This document shows positions 1-13,770 of a DNA stretch of 64,000 nt, in pieces. Numbering within the stretch: position 1 is the first letter of the stretch; each line of letters begins with the position of its first letter. The notes beneath the pieces were generated by a model, which ran no database searches, was not told the origin of the DNA, and was given only the letters and a program-made list of their open reading frames with translations. The position numbers and the translations under genes were made by a program. The stretch is from Octopus vulgaris. Lineage: Eukaryota. The stretch lies in assembly GCA_951406725.2 (NCBI GenBank), contig OX597824.1:17794001-17858000 (forward strand), given 5' to 3'.

Positions 1-526
1 GTCTGTCCTTGTTTGTCCCTTCTGTGTTTAGCCTCTTGTGGGTAGTAAAGAAATAGAAATATATTATGACTTCACCCTTCAGAATTTTGGGGTCTATAAA
101 ATATACATTTTTCTGACTCTGAGATCGATGTCACGTCAAAATTGCTGGCCTTGTACCAAATGTAGAGAGATACTCTCTTCTTTTTTACTTGTAAACTTCT
201 GTCTTTCGCTTTTGCTTTTTACTTTTAGTGTATTGTGTCCTGTTATTCAGTTAATTTATATATTTTTATATTACATTAAATCATACTTTCTAATTTAGCT
301 TTAAGACCTGTTATTACGAGGTGAGGGAATTAGTCAATGCACTCGACACAAATTTACTAATCAAGAAAAATAATTTCATGTGTGGATCTTGGAAGGGTAA
401 AAACTAATGTTGAAATTACCGTGGCTCTGCATCTATAATATACAGAACTAAAACAAAATACACGACAAATTGTAAGTTTGAACTTTATAGACATTTAGTG
501 TGGAATCACAAAATAAAGGTTTCAAT

Positions 527-905
527 TTTTGCGACAAGGGCAGTAATTTTTGGAGAGTGAATGAGTCGATTACATCGACCCCAGTGTTTCATTAGTACTT
601 AATTTATCGATACTGAAAGGATGAAAGCAATGACAACCTCGGCGGAATTTGAACTCAGAACGTAGCGGCTGACGAAATACCTATTTCTTTACAATCAACA
701 CGGGACTAAACACAGAGAGTACAAACAAGGACAGACAAACGGATTAAGTCGATTACATCGACTCCAGTGCGTAACTGGTACTTAGTTAATCGACCCCGAA
801 AGGATGAAAGACAAAGCCGACCTCGGCTAAACTTGAACTTAGAACGTAGCGGCAGACGACATACTGCTGAGGATTTCACCCGGCGTGCTAATGTTTCTGC
901 CAACT
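527..905 (-). mobile_element. tRNA-headed SINE family A, copy with duplicated internal unit
   Basis: Reverse complement begins tggcagaaacattagcacgccggg (A-box-like), then gttcaagtt/gagttcaaattcc (B-box-like). The body gtcgactttgcctttcatcctttcggggtcgat recurs more than 10 times in the window. Confidence 0.8.
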
Positions 906-1365
906 AATTTTCTCATCGTAATTTATGTGCTAATGAGCAAAATATAGGAGGAAATACATATTGGGTTTCATAAACTGTATATTACATAAGTAATTTAGAT
1001 TGAAGTATGTTCAATCGTAACAAATGAGATTTTACAAATAGGGAAAACAATGCGGAAATGTAAAGGATATATATTTTACCTCCATAATTTATAATTAATG
1101 TAGGATAAAATTTTTTCGGGAAAAAAATTTCATCAATGGCCAGCATATCAAAAAATACCTTTAAAGGTTAAATTTAAAAATAACAAGATAAAGGCAAAAG
1201 AAAAATTCTAATGCCAAATATGCCGAAACAAAAATTGTCAATAACCATTATAATTTATGTGTCTCGAAACAAACCGATAGAAATTTCTAAAAAATTCGTT
1301 ATTACCGTATTAGTCCAATTTCCATATTTTACCTCCATGGATACATAGACTTGTTAACCACTTCA

Positions 1366-1560
<195 letters not shown>

Positions 1561-1849
1561 GTTTGACTTTTGCTTTGTATTTGTACAAGTTGGCTCCAAA
1601 TCTCCCCCAGAGACTTCAAGTGACAACAGGGTAGAACTTCAAGTTGGTGTTATGACGAGGGTGTCATATATTTGCTTTTGTACATAATATTGTTCCTGAG
1701 AATGTTTAAGAAAATATAAGAAAATTATGAATTTGTTTTAAAACATGAGCTAACATAAAAACTATTTTATATAGGATATGGGCAGTTCCTATGAGTACTA
1801 TCCTCTGAATTTCTGCCATTTTGGTGTATCCTGGTATCTGAGCTAGATT

Positions 1850-1939
<90 letters not shown>

Positions 1940-1942
<3 letters not shown>

Positions 1943-2152
1943 TAGTTTTATTTTTATAGCGTGCTTTCACTTCACTACCGAGCGCAGCTCTGTGTGCCTT
2001 GGGTATGTGCTGTGATTTGTTGTGATGCTCTGATGGTTATTGTATGGAAAGTGTTCTGCGTAGGATGTGTGCTGTGCCTAGTAGTGCAATTTTCTGTATG
2101 TTATATGTGTTTGTAAGTCCTGGTGTTTTTGTTATGTATTTGTCTGAATATT
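1940..2152 (-). mobile_element. 3' end of an R4/Dong-like (RLE) non-LTR retrotransposon embedded in (TTA)n
   Basis: Minus frame ends KTPGLTNTYNIQKIALLGTAHILRRTLSIQ*, resembling the R4/Dong C-terminus. It is followed by a short 3' UTR and (AAT)n. The same UTR recurs at 53357-53402. Confidence 0.75.
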
Positions 2153-2849
<697 letters not shown>

Positions 2850-3205
2850 TCCTTATTTGATTTTATACTGTACTGGCTCACGCTGTGTTCGTTTTCGAAT
2901 GTCTCGGGGACATTTAAATGTAAGAACGCAAGTGGTATAATGTAGTGAATAAGTCTTCAGTAAGTCTCACTGAAGTGCTTTAAGTATATTCATACAAAAA
3001 AAACACCCCGAAATCAATTGATTCCGGTATATCTGTATTCCACAGTCTCTGTAATTCATACAAGGTAAGCCTATTTCTGTTATATTCGTTTCATTCGCTG
3101 TCTGTATTTTAATAGTGAAAAATCTGTGGTTTCAGAGGGATAGCTGTATTTGTAGCAAGTGTTCTTCTAAAACCCTACTAAATTTTGTTTATATATATAA
3201 ATATA

Positions 3206-3602
3206 CTAGCAGTATCGCCCGGCGTTGCTCGAGTTTGTAAGGGAAATAATTATATAAGCATTTTTAGAGATGTAAAGTATAATAGCCATCTCAATATGGC
3301 TAACCACAAAGGGGGAGGGGTGTTACTGTAGCTTTTTACGTTCTGAGATTTAATAATAAATTTTAGAGAGTTACTTCCCTTATATATGTCAAAAATGGAT
3401 TAAAAATGGGAAAAAATTGATGGTAAATTTTTTTTTTAAATCGTAGACTCATCGTAGACGCGCGCTAATACCCAGACGGTCTCGATATGAATCACGACTA
3501 TAAGATACCCGGTTTTGGTTAAACTGCACCGCAAAATGTGGGAGTAGTTAGGAATCTAAATCGTAGGAGACAGACACACAACCTCACTTTTATATATAAA
3601 GA
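3206..3602 (-). mobile_element. non-autonomous Helitron (family H1)
   Basis: On minus: 5' TC (tctttatatataaaag), 3' hairpin ctcgagcaacgccggg then CTAG, inserted between A and T. Homologous to 32041-32432 and 60130-60942. Confidence 0.8.
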
Positions 3603-3662
3603 TTTCCTCTATTTACATAATATTGAGGTCTCTTTCTTTCTTTTGTTATCTTACTGTTTTTA

Positions 3663-3728
<66 letters not shown>

Positions 3729-3732
<4 letters not shown>

Positions 3733-4051
3733 CAGAGATGTACTTGCATAGCAAGTGACTTGATCTGAGATCGTGTGCTGGAACGAAAACAGTTGCAGCG
3801 TTGAAGGTGTTTATAAGCCATTTAAGAAACACACAAAAACCGTTAGATTCACTTCAACATTTAAATTTAATTTGTCAAAATATTTTCGTCGCTTTGAGAC
3901 CGCGACCTGTTAGCACGATTTTTTTGTCAGTGAACAGGTCGCGGTCTGAAAGCGACGAAAATATTTTGGCAAATTAAATTTAAATGTTGAAGTGAATGTA
4001 ACGGTTTTTGTGTGTTTCTTAAATGGCTTACAAACACCTTCCACGCTGCAA
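3729..4051. mobile_element. Penelope-like inverted pseudo-LTR remnant with ~119-bp inverted arms
   Basis: Arms 3793-3911 and 3933-4051 are near-perfect reverse complements. Flanked by TA runs; contains a hammerhead-like fold. Confidence 0.65.
3923..3973 (+). ncRNA. minimal type I hammerhead ribozyme, G3:C8 variant
   Basis: Stem I tttgtca/tggcaaa; core GTGAACA (3930-3936); bulged g; stem II gtcgc/gcgac; GAAA (3957-3960); palindromic stem III AATATT; predicted cleavage after 3966. Confidence 0.6.
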
Positions 4052-4069
4052 TATATATATACACACATA

Positions 4070-4100
<31 letters not shown>

Positions 4101-4399
4101 GTGTATATGTGTATGCATGTATGTGTGTGTGTGTGCGTGTCTGTGCTTGTGATTGTCCTCCACCACTGCTTGACAACGAATGTTGGTTTGTTTACATCCC
4201 TGTCACCTAGTGGTTTGACAAAGGAAACAGATAGAATAAGTACAATGCTTACAAAAATAAAACTGGAGTTGATTCATTAAAGTACAATTCTTCAAGGCAT
4301 TGCCCCAGCATGGCCACAGACCAATGGCTGGAAAAAGCAGAAGAATAAAAGAATACATTCTCTGCTTTGGTCTTATGTTCAAGGCATGAGAAAGCTTGA

Positions 4400-4650
4400 G
4401 TTTACATGAGAAGGCCTAACAGACCTGGTAGAAACAGCAGCCAAATCTCCCTCAAATAACACCTAACTCTCTTATGTATGTATATATGAGCCAATGAGGG
4501 GGACCTCTACAATTTTCTCCCAAATCACACCTTACTGTCTTATCTATGTATATACGTATGTATGAGCCTATGAGGGAGACCCCTACATGGCAGCTAGACA
4601 TGGTAGAAATAGCAGCCAAATCTCCCTCAAATCACACCTTACTGTCTTAT
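4400..4650. repeat. degenerate tandem of an interspersed repeat (about 3 units)
   Basis: Repeated motifs ggtagaaa(c/t)agcagccaaatctccctcaaatcacacc...tcttat and gagcc.atgaggg..accc.tac. Confidence 0.6.
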
Positions 4651-5160
4651 CTTTCTGCTACTTGGATATAGGTCTTATATTCGTCGTAAAAAACTTTCCT
4701 GTCACACACTCACGCACACGCACACACACACACACACACGCACCCTCACACACACACACACACGCGCACACACACACACACACTCACACACACGCACGTT
4801 AGCTTACAATTTTATTTATATATTTGCGTGTCTATGTGTGGAAAGAGGAAGTGGGAGGCAGAGTGAAAGAATCACTCACTACAGTAAGTGAATTACTTTC
4901 ATTTTATTCGTTGCCCACTGTGTGTGTGCGTTTGCGTGTGGTGTAAACCAGACTAAGAAAAGCATTTGACACACACACCAGAATGTGAGTTCTCTGTAAA
5001 TTTTGCTTAATTGGAGTTTAAATTTTAAAAACTGGACCTGGCATGACGCGATGCATTGTACTCTTAAAAATGCTAGGTAAATTATAATTGAAGAAATCCT
5101 ATATTGTAGATTTCTATAACTCCCAAAGGGAGGCAGATAAAATCTGCCTTTTATAATAAG

Positions 5161-5223
<63 letters not shown>

Positions 5224-5391
5224 AGTTTGTGTATGAATGAATGCATGTATGTTTGTTTGCATGTATGTGTGTATAGTGTGTTTGAATTGCTGTACAGATA
5301 TTGTATATTGGAGAAAAGGAGGCAGTTACAATTTTGGATAATTCTTTATTAGCGCTTTCGTCAGAACGTTTCGTTGTTCTAGGGCTGAAAA

Positions 5392-5438
<47 letters not shown>

Positions 5439-6068
5439 CAAAGCAGGGATGGAATAAGATAAAGAGGTTTCAAGTCAATCAAGAAAGAAGAGAAAAAATA
5501 ACAAGAATACAGCATGTGAAAAGGACAGATTGATAGAGAGAAAGAGATAGAGAAAGGTTTCTTTTCAATTGGTGTTGTGAGTTCACTGAAATTTCATTAC
5601 AAAGTATTTTTGTTTTTTTTCCTTTTTTCTTTCTCTTTTCTTTTTTTCTTTTTCCATTGTATACCTATCAACATATTTGCAAATAAACACATTTTCACAA
5701 AAGGGCTGCTGACCTTCCAAAGGTGTCAATTTTAGGAAATAGGATGAAAGAAATAAGAAAAGTGGGGGACGGTGCGGTCATCACTGAAAAATGAAAAAAG
5801 AGTTCAAAGTTCAAAGCCCTATGAAAATGTTTTATTTCTTTGCACTGTACAGCCAAGTCCCACATTCTGTGTAATTCTATATTTCGCATGAACAAACATT
5901 AAATATTTGTACAATATTCATAAATTGAGAAAATAAAGTCAGAATTATGAATTACTTTACCAAGTAGCTACATTAGATATATTTTCTAATCAGTGGTAAA
6001 ATGGAACTAGTGTTCTTTCGCAGTTATATATGTAAGTTCTATAACAACATTTGCCAAAATCCCAATGT

Positions 6069-6100
<32 letters not shown>

Positions 6101-6419
6101 CACACATACACACACATGCAAATATATATATATATATATATATACGTGTATATACGTATATCAGAACGTTTGGAGGTGATGTACAGGTATTATATATTAG
6201 AAAAAACTAAGGTACTCAGAAACCTGGATGGTTGTACATTTACAGATTTTCGTTAATATGTCACATGTTTTTATAAATCATATATTAGCGCTAGTAGATT
6301 CTTCAGATTTGAATTTTTGTGGAAATGCCTCTCATTTTTTAGTATTATTGAGTGTGTAGGAGTGGAGAGAGATATAGTATAGTAAAAGAGGGTGAGGAAT
6401 GGGGAGAAGTGAGAGAAAG

Positions 6420-6870
6420 TGTGTGTGAATGTGTTCCTGTGTATCTGAAAGGAGTGTCAATGGAAAAGAGACGGAAAGAAAGAAGGAAGGGAGATAGAAT
6501 AAAAAATGTGTTTACATCTATACAGCTGGTCAGTTCTTTCAATAGAAACGGATGAGTTGATTATTGGCCGTTAAAGATGGCAAAACCAGGTGGCTACTCT
6601 AAGGATGGGGGGTCTTGTTTTGATAAAAGTTATTTTTCAAAACATTGGGTTTATTATCATTGTCATCATCACTGTCCAGTGAGAGAGAGTATGTGTGTTT
6701 TTTGTGTGCGTGAGTGTGTGTGTGTGTGCCTATGTATCTGAAAGAAGTGTCAATGGAAAAGAGAAGGAAAGAAAGAAGGCAGAAAGAAAAAACTGTTTAC
6801 AACTATACAGCTGTTCAGTTCATTCAATAGAAGGTGACAAGCTGGTTAATAAAAGTTACTTTTCAAAAAT
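6420..6870. repeat. diverged direct duplication (6420-6645 / 6715-6870)
   Basis: Both units share tgtatctgaaag.agtgtcaatggaaaagag, tttaca.ctatacagctg.tcagttc.ttcaatagaa and aaaagtta.ttttcaaaa. Confidence 0.65.
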
Positions 6871-7007
6871 GATGATGGGACATGTAATACAGTGTATGAA
6901 ATTCTGCGTCATGTAGTTCATATCTGCATTTACTTTGAACGAGAATCCGCTCTTGAATTTTATGTGGGAACCACATTCTAAGTATTTCAAGTTGTTGTTG
7001 TTGTTGT

Positions 7008-7185
7008 TGCATGAGTGGCTGTGTGGTAAGTAGCTTGCTTACCAACCACATGGTTCCGGATTCAGTCCCACTGGGTAGCATCTTGGGCAAGTGTCTTCTA
7101 TTATAGCCTCGAGCCGACCAAAGCCTTGTGAGTGGATTTGGTAGCCGGAAACTGAAAGAAGCCCGTCGTATATATGTATATATAA

Positions 7186-7227
<42 letters not shown>

Positions 7228-7440
7228 TTGTGTGTCTGTGCTTGTCCCTCTAACATTGCTTGACAACCGATGCTGGTGTGTTTACATCGCCGTAACCAAG
7301 CGGTTCGGCAAAAGAGATTAATAGAATAAGTACTGGGCTTACAAAGAATAAGTCGCGGGGTCGATTTGTTCGATTAAATGCGGTGCTCCAGCATGGTCGC
7401 AGTCAAATGACTGAAACAAGTAAAAAGAGTACAAAGGAGT
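7008..7440 (+). mobile_element. tRNA-headed SINE family B (central TA/TG microsatellite)
   Basis: Head gagtggctgtgtggtaag...ggattcagtcccactg; body ...ggaaactgaaagaagcccgtcg(TA)n(TG)n...; tail gcagtcaaatgactgaaacaagtaaaa. About 12 copies in the window. Confidence 0.85.
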
Positions 7441-7647
7441 ATCTGTTATCTCCACATTCTTTTACGGACAATTCTGATTCATTTTCTGACGTGAGGTGTT
7501 TTTGAGATTTTTTGGTTGGTGTCTAAAGCTTCGGAAAGGCGTTTTATCAATCAGATCTTTCATTTTGGGGCTTTGTAAAAGTATTGGTAGGTTTGATTTT
7601 ATGGTGTGAAAGATGTTAGCTACCCAAGGATAATACGTATTAATAAA

Positions 7648-8019
7648 CTAGCATTATGACCCGTCGTTGCCGGGTCATAGTGCTAGTGCATGTATATATG
7701 TGTATATATATGTACATATTACATGTACATCTTCTAGGCAAGAAGTTGAACATTTTTTTGTCCATGAAACTACATGGATCCTAAGTAAGGCATGTGTAAA
7801 ATTCGAATGAAATTGGTTATGTAGTACTCAAGTTTTAGGGAGTCGTAGTAGATAAGATATGATATTGCTGTGGGCTCGCCCTAGGCAGGCACTCCTCGGA
7901 CCCTAAGTAAGGTAGGTGTAAAATTTGAATGAAATTGGTTGTGTAGTTCTCAAGTTTTAGGGAAACACACAGTCAGACAGACAGAAAGACAGACATCCTC
8001 AGTTTTATATAAAGAGAGA
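7648..8019 (-). mobile_element. non-autonomous Helitron-like element (family H2)
   Basis: Terminal ctag with a long hairpin actagcattatgacccg..cgggtcatagtgctagt. Internal direct repeat at about 7776-7841 / 7898-7963. (CAGA)n tract and ttttatataaagaga at the other end. Confidence 0.65.
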
Positions 8020-8590
8020 TGAAATCGTGTGCTCATTAATTTTTCATTTGGTGTCCTCAGTTGTGCGATGCTCAGCATCATTACCTTTTTAGTTCACTCG
8101 TTTATTAATCTTAAGAGATGTTTCTGCTTTGTTAGGAAGACTTTGAGCTCGTTGAGTCGGATTTGACAGTGTTTTGGGATCAGTCACAATACTTCTGATA
8201 TGTCTTGCCATGCTGTTTGTGATGTTCCTTGTGTGTGAGGGCTGGCAAGAGAAGAAATTCTAATATTGGTTATATATTTGATGATATATATATATATATA
8301 TAATTATAATAATAAGGGTTTTTTTTTTTATATATATATATATATTTAAATATATATAATTTTATGCAACATGCTGCTTAACCACATACCGAAAATTGTA
8401 GAAATAGCAGCCAAAAAGATTACTATTTCCTTTTACTACAAAAATAAGTCTCCACAGACAACAATATTTGTAACTCACATATGGCAAAAAAAGAAGAAAA
8501 ATAATGAAATCACACAGTCTTCGGTTAATAATGGACGTATGTTCCTGGATTAGAATCATTAAATTAATTATATTTCACCCTATATCTGTA

Positions 8591-8724
<134 letters not shown>

Positions 8725-8729
8725 TACCA

Positions 8730-8970
8730 CCACTTTATTATCTCCCCTTCTCCCTAGCTCCCCTCTGTGACCCTTCTGCTCGGCATTCGAAATGATAGAA
8801 TGCTAGACACTAAACAGTCTTTATTTTCTCTCCTTGTTTCTTTGTGTGTTGCTTTCTGTGGAAGAGCGTAGGCTTGAAACGTTAAAGACTTTTTCACATT
8901 CCGAGCGTTATATTAATACATCTGTCCACCACTTGTCTTCGTCTATTTTTTTTTTAATGAATTCTCTCCT
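8730..8970 (+). mobile_element. TA-anchored short repeat (family P) carrying a minimal HHR-like motif at 8852-8887
   Basis: cttt-CTGTGGA-a-gagc gtag gctt-GAAA-cg-tt-aaag; homologous to five other copies; ends in ctctcc(TA)n. Confidence 0.65.
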
Positions 8971-8983
8971 ATATATATACATA

Positions 8984-9055
<72 letters not shown>

Positions 9056-9289
9056 ATAAATAGCTACAACATACATACACGCTTGCACGCCACGCACACA
9101 TACATGTGCATTCATATATATATAGAGAGAGAGTGGACGAGAAAACAACTCAAAAGCCAAAAAGCATGTGTCTTAATGTCTTCTGTTTCAACTTATATTT
9201 AGCAAAGCAGTGCTAGTCAGTACCCGCCGTCACTTTTTGCCTTTAGGTACTAATGGCTAATAATCCACACATTTATATATATATATATA

Positions 9290-9866
9290 TACTCTTTACT
9301 CTTTTAATTGTTTCAGTCATTTGACTGTAGCCATGCTGGAGCACCGCCTTTAGTCGAGGAAATCGACCCCGGGACTTATTCTTTGTAAGCCTAGTACTTA
9401 TTCTATCGGGTTGTTTTGCCGAACCGCTAAGTGACGGAGACATAAACACACCAGCATCGGTTGTCAAGCGATGTTGGGGGGACAAACACAGACACACAAA
9501 CATATACACACACATACATATATATATATACATATATAGGACGGGCTTCTTTTAGTTTCCGTCTACCAAATCCACTCACAAGGCATTGGTCGGCCCGGGG
9601 CTATAGCAAAAGACACTCACCCAAGATGCCACGCAGTGGGACTGAACCCAGAACCATGTGGTTGGTAAGCAAGCTACTTACCTATTTCTTTATTGCCCAC
9701 AAGGGGCTAAACACAGAGGGGACAAACAAGGACAGACATAGGTATTAAGTCGATTACATCGACCCCAGTGCGTAACTGGTACTTAATTTATCGACCCCGA
9801 AAGGATGAAAGGCAAAGTCGACCTCGTCGGAAAGCAAGCTACTTACCACACAGCCACTCATACGCC

Positions 9867-9870
<4 letters not shown>
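9290..9870 (-). mobile_element. SINE B with a nested SINE A unit (9682-9831, 15-bp TSD)
   Basis: Full SINE B on minus; aagcaagctacttac is duplicated at 9667-9681 and 9832-9846 around a SINE A fragment. Confidence 0.85.
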
Positions 9871-9965
<95 letters not shown>

Positions 9966-10309
9966 ATTTGTATATATGTATGTATGCATGTATGCATATA
10001 TATAAAATTTATGTTCGCTTAAAAGTTTATTCAACGAAGTCCCATTGAATACGAATTTCATAAACAGATTCATGCACACACTTGTTTGTGTGTAAGGGAG
10101 AGAGATAGAGATAGATAGAGACAGAATGAGAGAGAGAGAGAAAGAGAGACTGTGTGTATTTGTGTGTATGTGAGTGTGTGTCAATGCGAGTATGGGAGTG
10201 AGTGTGCGCGTGTGTGCATGTATCCATTGTATATTCCTGTCTATCACCTGCATATATATTTCTCTGTCCATCAGGATCCCCTATCCCTCGGTCTATATTT
10301 CTGTCTTTT

Positions 10310-10610
<301 letters not shown>

Positions 10611-11484
10611 TCTTTGCGTCTGTCTGTCTGACATTGCGTCTGTCTGTCTTTCTGTCTGGCTACTACGTCTGTCACTCTTTATCTGCCTGTATATCTACAT
10701 GTATGTATGTATATAAATACATGTATATATATTTGTGTATATACATATACATATATACCTATATATCTACACACACACGCACACACACACATATTACTAT
10801 GAATCATGGTCTCCTTTCATGTCAGCGTCCTCTCACGGTCTCTTCATCCTGTTCTTCATTATTAATTCGAATCTCGTGATGTTAAAATTTAGCAGCTGAA
10901 AATACATTCAGACAACAGTAACAAACTACTCGAATAACCTAAAACCAGTCCGAAAAATGTGTATATATACATACATACAGACTATACATACACACTTTAT
11001 ATATATATATATAACTATATATATATACATGTTTATGCACACACACACACTCACATATATATATATATATATGTATATATGAATATATGTATGTATGTAT
11101 GCATGTATGTATCTTTTAACAGTTAAATTATACATTTCTATGCAGCAAATTATTTAAATGTTGAATATAAAAAACTTTAGCGCTAAATGGTTTAATGTTC
11201 TATGTCAGAGTACTAACAGGCAGCAGAAATAGACAAAAATAACACAGCCGCTACAAACAGGACTACAAAGATGAACTATAAAAAAAGAAAATGTGTTACA
11301 TATATTTATGAAGACGATTATTATTATGGCCACCATAATTATACCGCTAATGGCCATAGCAATAATAATAGCAATGACAACAACAACAACAACACAAACA
11401 AAAATAATAGTAACAATATTTACATGAAAAATCAGTGTAATAATATTTATAGTAAGAAGAAATATTAATGTATGTGATAATAAA

Positions 11485-11640
11485 GGAAAGGTTAGGGGTA
11501 TTATAAATGCATTAGATTAATACTTAAAACAGAACTTAATGCCATAAATAAATTAATAGGCATCAACACTTTATCTGTTCCAGTAGTCAGTTACAGTTAC
11601 TATATCCTCAACAAAAAGCGTAAGTGAATTAGAAAAATGC
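11485..11640 (+). pseudogene. R4/Dong-like LINE RT-downstream fragment
   Basis: Translates LILKTELNAINKLIGINTLSVPVVSYSYYILN, similar to the ILISKLNARSIISARNSLAVAVVRYGAGIL segment at 13370-13460. Confidence 0.55.
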
Positions 11641-12042
11641 TACACAGGAAATTCCGTTCTATTTAATCGATGACGGTGGGGTGAAGTCACAGCATACTGA
11701 CATATATATCTATGCTAATTGTAGGCCTGTCTGTCCACACTGATAGGTATCTTACAGGTAAACCCAGTGTTTAAAGTATTCTGAAGAGTAAGATAGGGTA
11801 ATAAGTTAAGTAAGAAAACGTAGAGGTAATTTAGTACAATCTTCATATTTATAACAATTGTATCTGTAGCACCTCGTTTCTAACTCTACTGCGCGTAAAT
11901 AACCCTGTCTGAGGGATTTCGTAATTTGTGTGGTTGAGTATCTCTGAGTTGTTCTCCTTCAGACGCACATTATGTCGTACTATTTTGCACTGAGCGCAAA
12001 ATATGTGCTAATATGTTTGGCAATATAGGGAAGTAATTTGAA

Positions 12043-12235
12043 GCGGCGAGCTGGCAGAATCGTTAGCAAGCTAGGCAAAATGTTTAGCGTTCTGAGTTCA
12101 AATTCCGCCGAGGCTGACTTTGCGTTTAAAAACATCTCGGGGTTGATAAAGAAGTACCAGTTGAGCACTGGCGTCGATGTAATCGACTTACACGCTCCTC
12201 CCGACTTTCTGGCCTTGTGCCAATATTTGAATCCA
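12043..12235 (+). mobile_element. SINE family A
   Basis: gcggcgagctggcagaatcgttagc...gagttcaaattccgccgagg... Confidence 0.8.
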
Positions 12236-12659
12236 ATGTAGGGAATAAATAGAAGAATAGGCACAATACGGCCCTCAAAACCACCACGAAGTGGGTGTTG
12301 ATTGCGGACTGACGTTTTGAACAATGGACAGCAGCTCGTGCATAAGAATCGAAAAAACAATTGCTCAAATCGGTCAGAACGTTCTAGGGAGAAGGTATGA
12401 AACCTAGGTGGTAGTACTCTACCGAGATGATGTATGCTTTCGCTATTTACGCCTGTCCTTGACCATTATGACCATGACCTCTTCCCCGTTCCTGTTCACC
12501 TGGAAGTCTGGTCCGAACTAAACACCGGACAATTTCACCAGACACCCGGTCCAGCGGCAGAAAACGCTGTTGGTTAACATGGACTTGCTTTTCCAAGACC
12601 CTAGCTGCAAACCCTCTAGTTCGACCAGCTTTATGTACGCTCTTGTATTTATTGAACTG

Positions 12660-13467
12660 AAAGGGAGCCGAAAAAGGAGCCAGGAATAAAGAATCAACTC
12701 TTAATTGATAATCTAATTACCAGGAACTGCAAGAGAAGACATCCAAAATGAGCATGGCATGCGTTGATTATCCCTAAAATATACGATATGATATCGTACT
12801 CCTGGATAATAAGAACAATGGAAATATATAGATTAAGGGAGAATATGAAAAGCCTCATACGGAATGGCATGAAATGCTTGAGAATCGAATTAACAGCAGG
12901 GAAGCCAGTACTAGGAGAGGTGAAAATCCAGAGAGGAATATTCCAGGAGGACAATGTGTCCCGACCGATATTCGTGTTGCGAATGTTCCCCTTGAGTGAA
13001 ATACTACAGAAAACAAGGTTGGGGTATAATCTGGGAAGAGGTAAGGAAAAAACTAAACCACTTGCTATTTATGGACGATCTGAAGCTATTCACAAAAAAC
13101 TGAGGCACAACTGGACAGCCTTGTCCAGTCTGTTTGGATTTCTTGCAATGATATTACGATGGAGTTTGGACTCGCGACGTGTGCTACGATGATGATGAGA
13201 TGAGGAAAGCTTGCCAGGACAGAAGGCATATGGATACTAAGTAGTGAAAAGATGAAGGCAATTCAACTTCAAACCAGCTATAAATTCCTAGGAATACTTG
13301 AGGCAGGTGGAATAAAACACCACGACATGAAGGAAAAGAAAAAAAAGACAGTACCTGCGGCGAGTGAGAAAATATTAATTTCAAAGCTGAATGCCAGAAG
13401 CATAATTTCGGCAAGAAACTCGCTTGCAGTCGCAGTAGTTCGCTATGGCGCTGGAATCCTGAAGCAG
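12660..13467 (+). pseudogene. degenerate reverse transcriptase of an R4/Dong-like non-LTR retrotransposon
   Basis: YDMISYSWI, VKIQRGIFQEDNVSRPIFVL (GIFQGDSLSP-like), HLLFMDDLKLF and YKFLGILE motifs, with frameshifts. Confidence 0.8.
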
Positions 13468-13770
13468 ACAGAAAGGATGAAAGGCAAAGTCGACCTCGGC
13501 GGAATTTGAACTCAGAACGTAGCTACAGACGAAATACCTATTTCTTTACTACCCATAAGGGGCTAAACACAGAGAGGACAAGCAAGGTCAGACAAACGGA
13601 TAAAGTCGATTATATCGACCCCAGTGCGTAACCGGTACTTAATTTATCGACCCCGAAAGGATGAAAGGCAAAGTTGACCTCGGCGAAATTTGAACTCAGA
13701 ACGTAACGGCAGACGAAAATGCTGCTAAGCGTTTCGTTCAACGTGCTAACGTTTCTGCCAGCTCGCCGAC
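13468..13770 (-). mobile_element. SINE family A with duplicated internal unit
   Basis: Family A sequence; head at 13770. Confidence 0.85.

Larger units (their letters stand above)
6871..8272 (-). pseudogene. fragmented Penelope-like element ORF (RT C-terminus, linker, start of GIY-YIG endonuclease)
   Basis: Hand translation on minus. 8272-8021: QY*NFFSCQPSHTRNITNSMARHIRSIVTDP..RLNELKVFL. 7645-7441: TYYPWVANIFHTIKSNLPILL..FRHQPKNLK..KECGDNR. 6993-6871: FKVNADMNYMTQNFIHCITCP. Colinear with PLE domain order, and interrupted by a SINE and a Helitron. Confidence 0.7.

Noticed and set aside
940-1310. Possible very old Penelope ORF remnants (also about 60960-61630 on minus)
   Set aside because: Only faint motif resemblance with many stops; needs a translated profile search.
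3046-3064. Candidate 19-nt exon (cacag|...caag|gtaagc)
   Set aside because: Weak polypyrimidine tract, not frame-preserving, and expected by chance in 64 kb.
9461-9748. Recurrent ORFs such as RRASFSFRLPNPLTR and MRNWYLIYRPRKDERQSRPRR
   Set aside because: Chance frames through SINE B and SINE A copies; frequently broken between copies.
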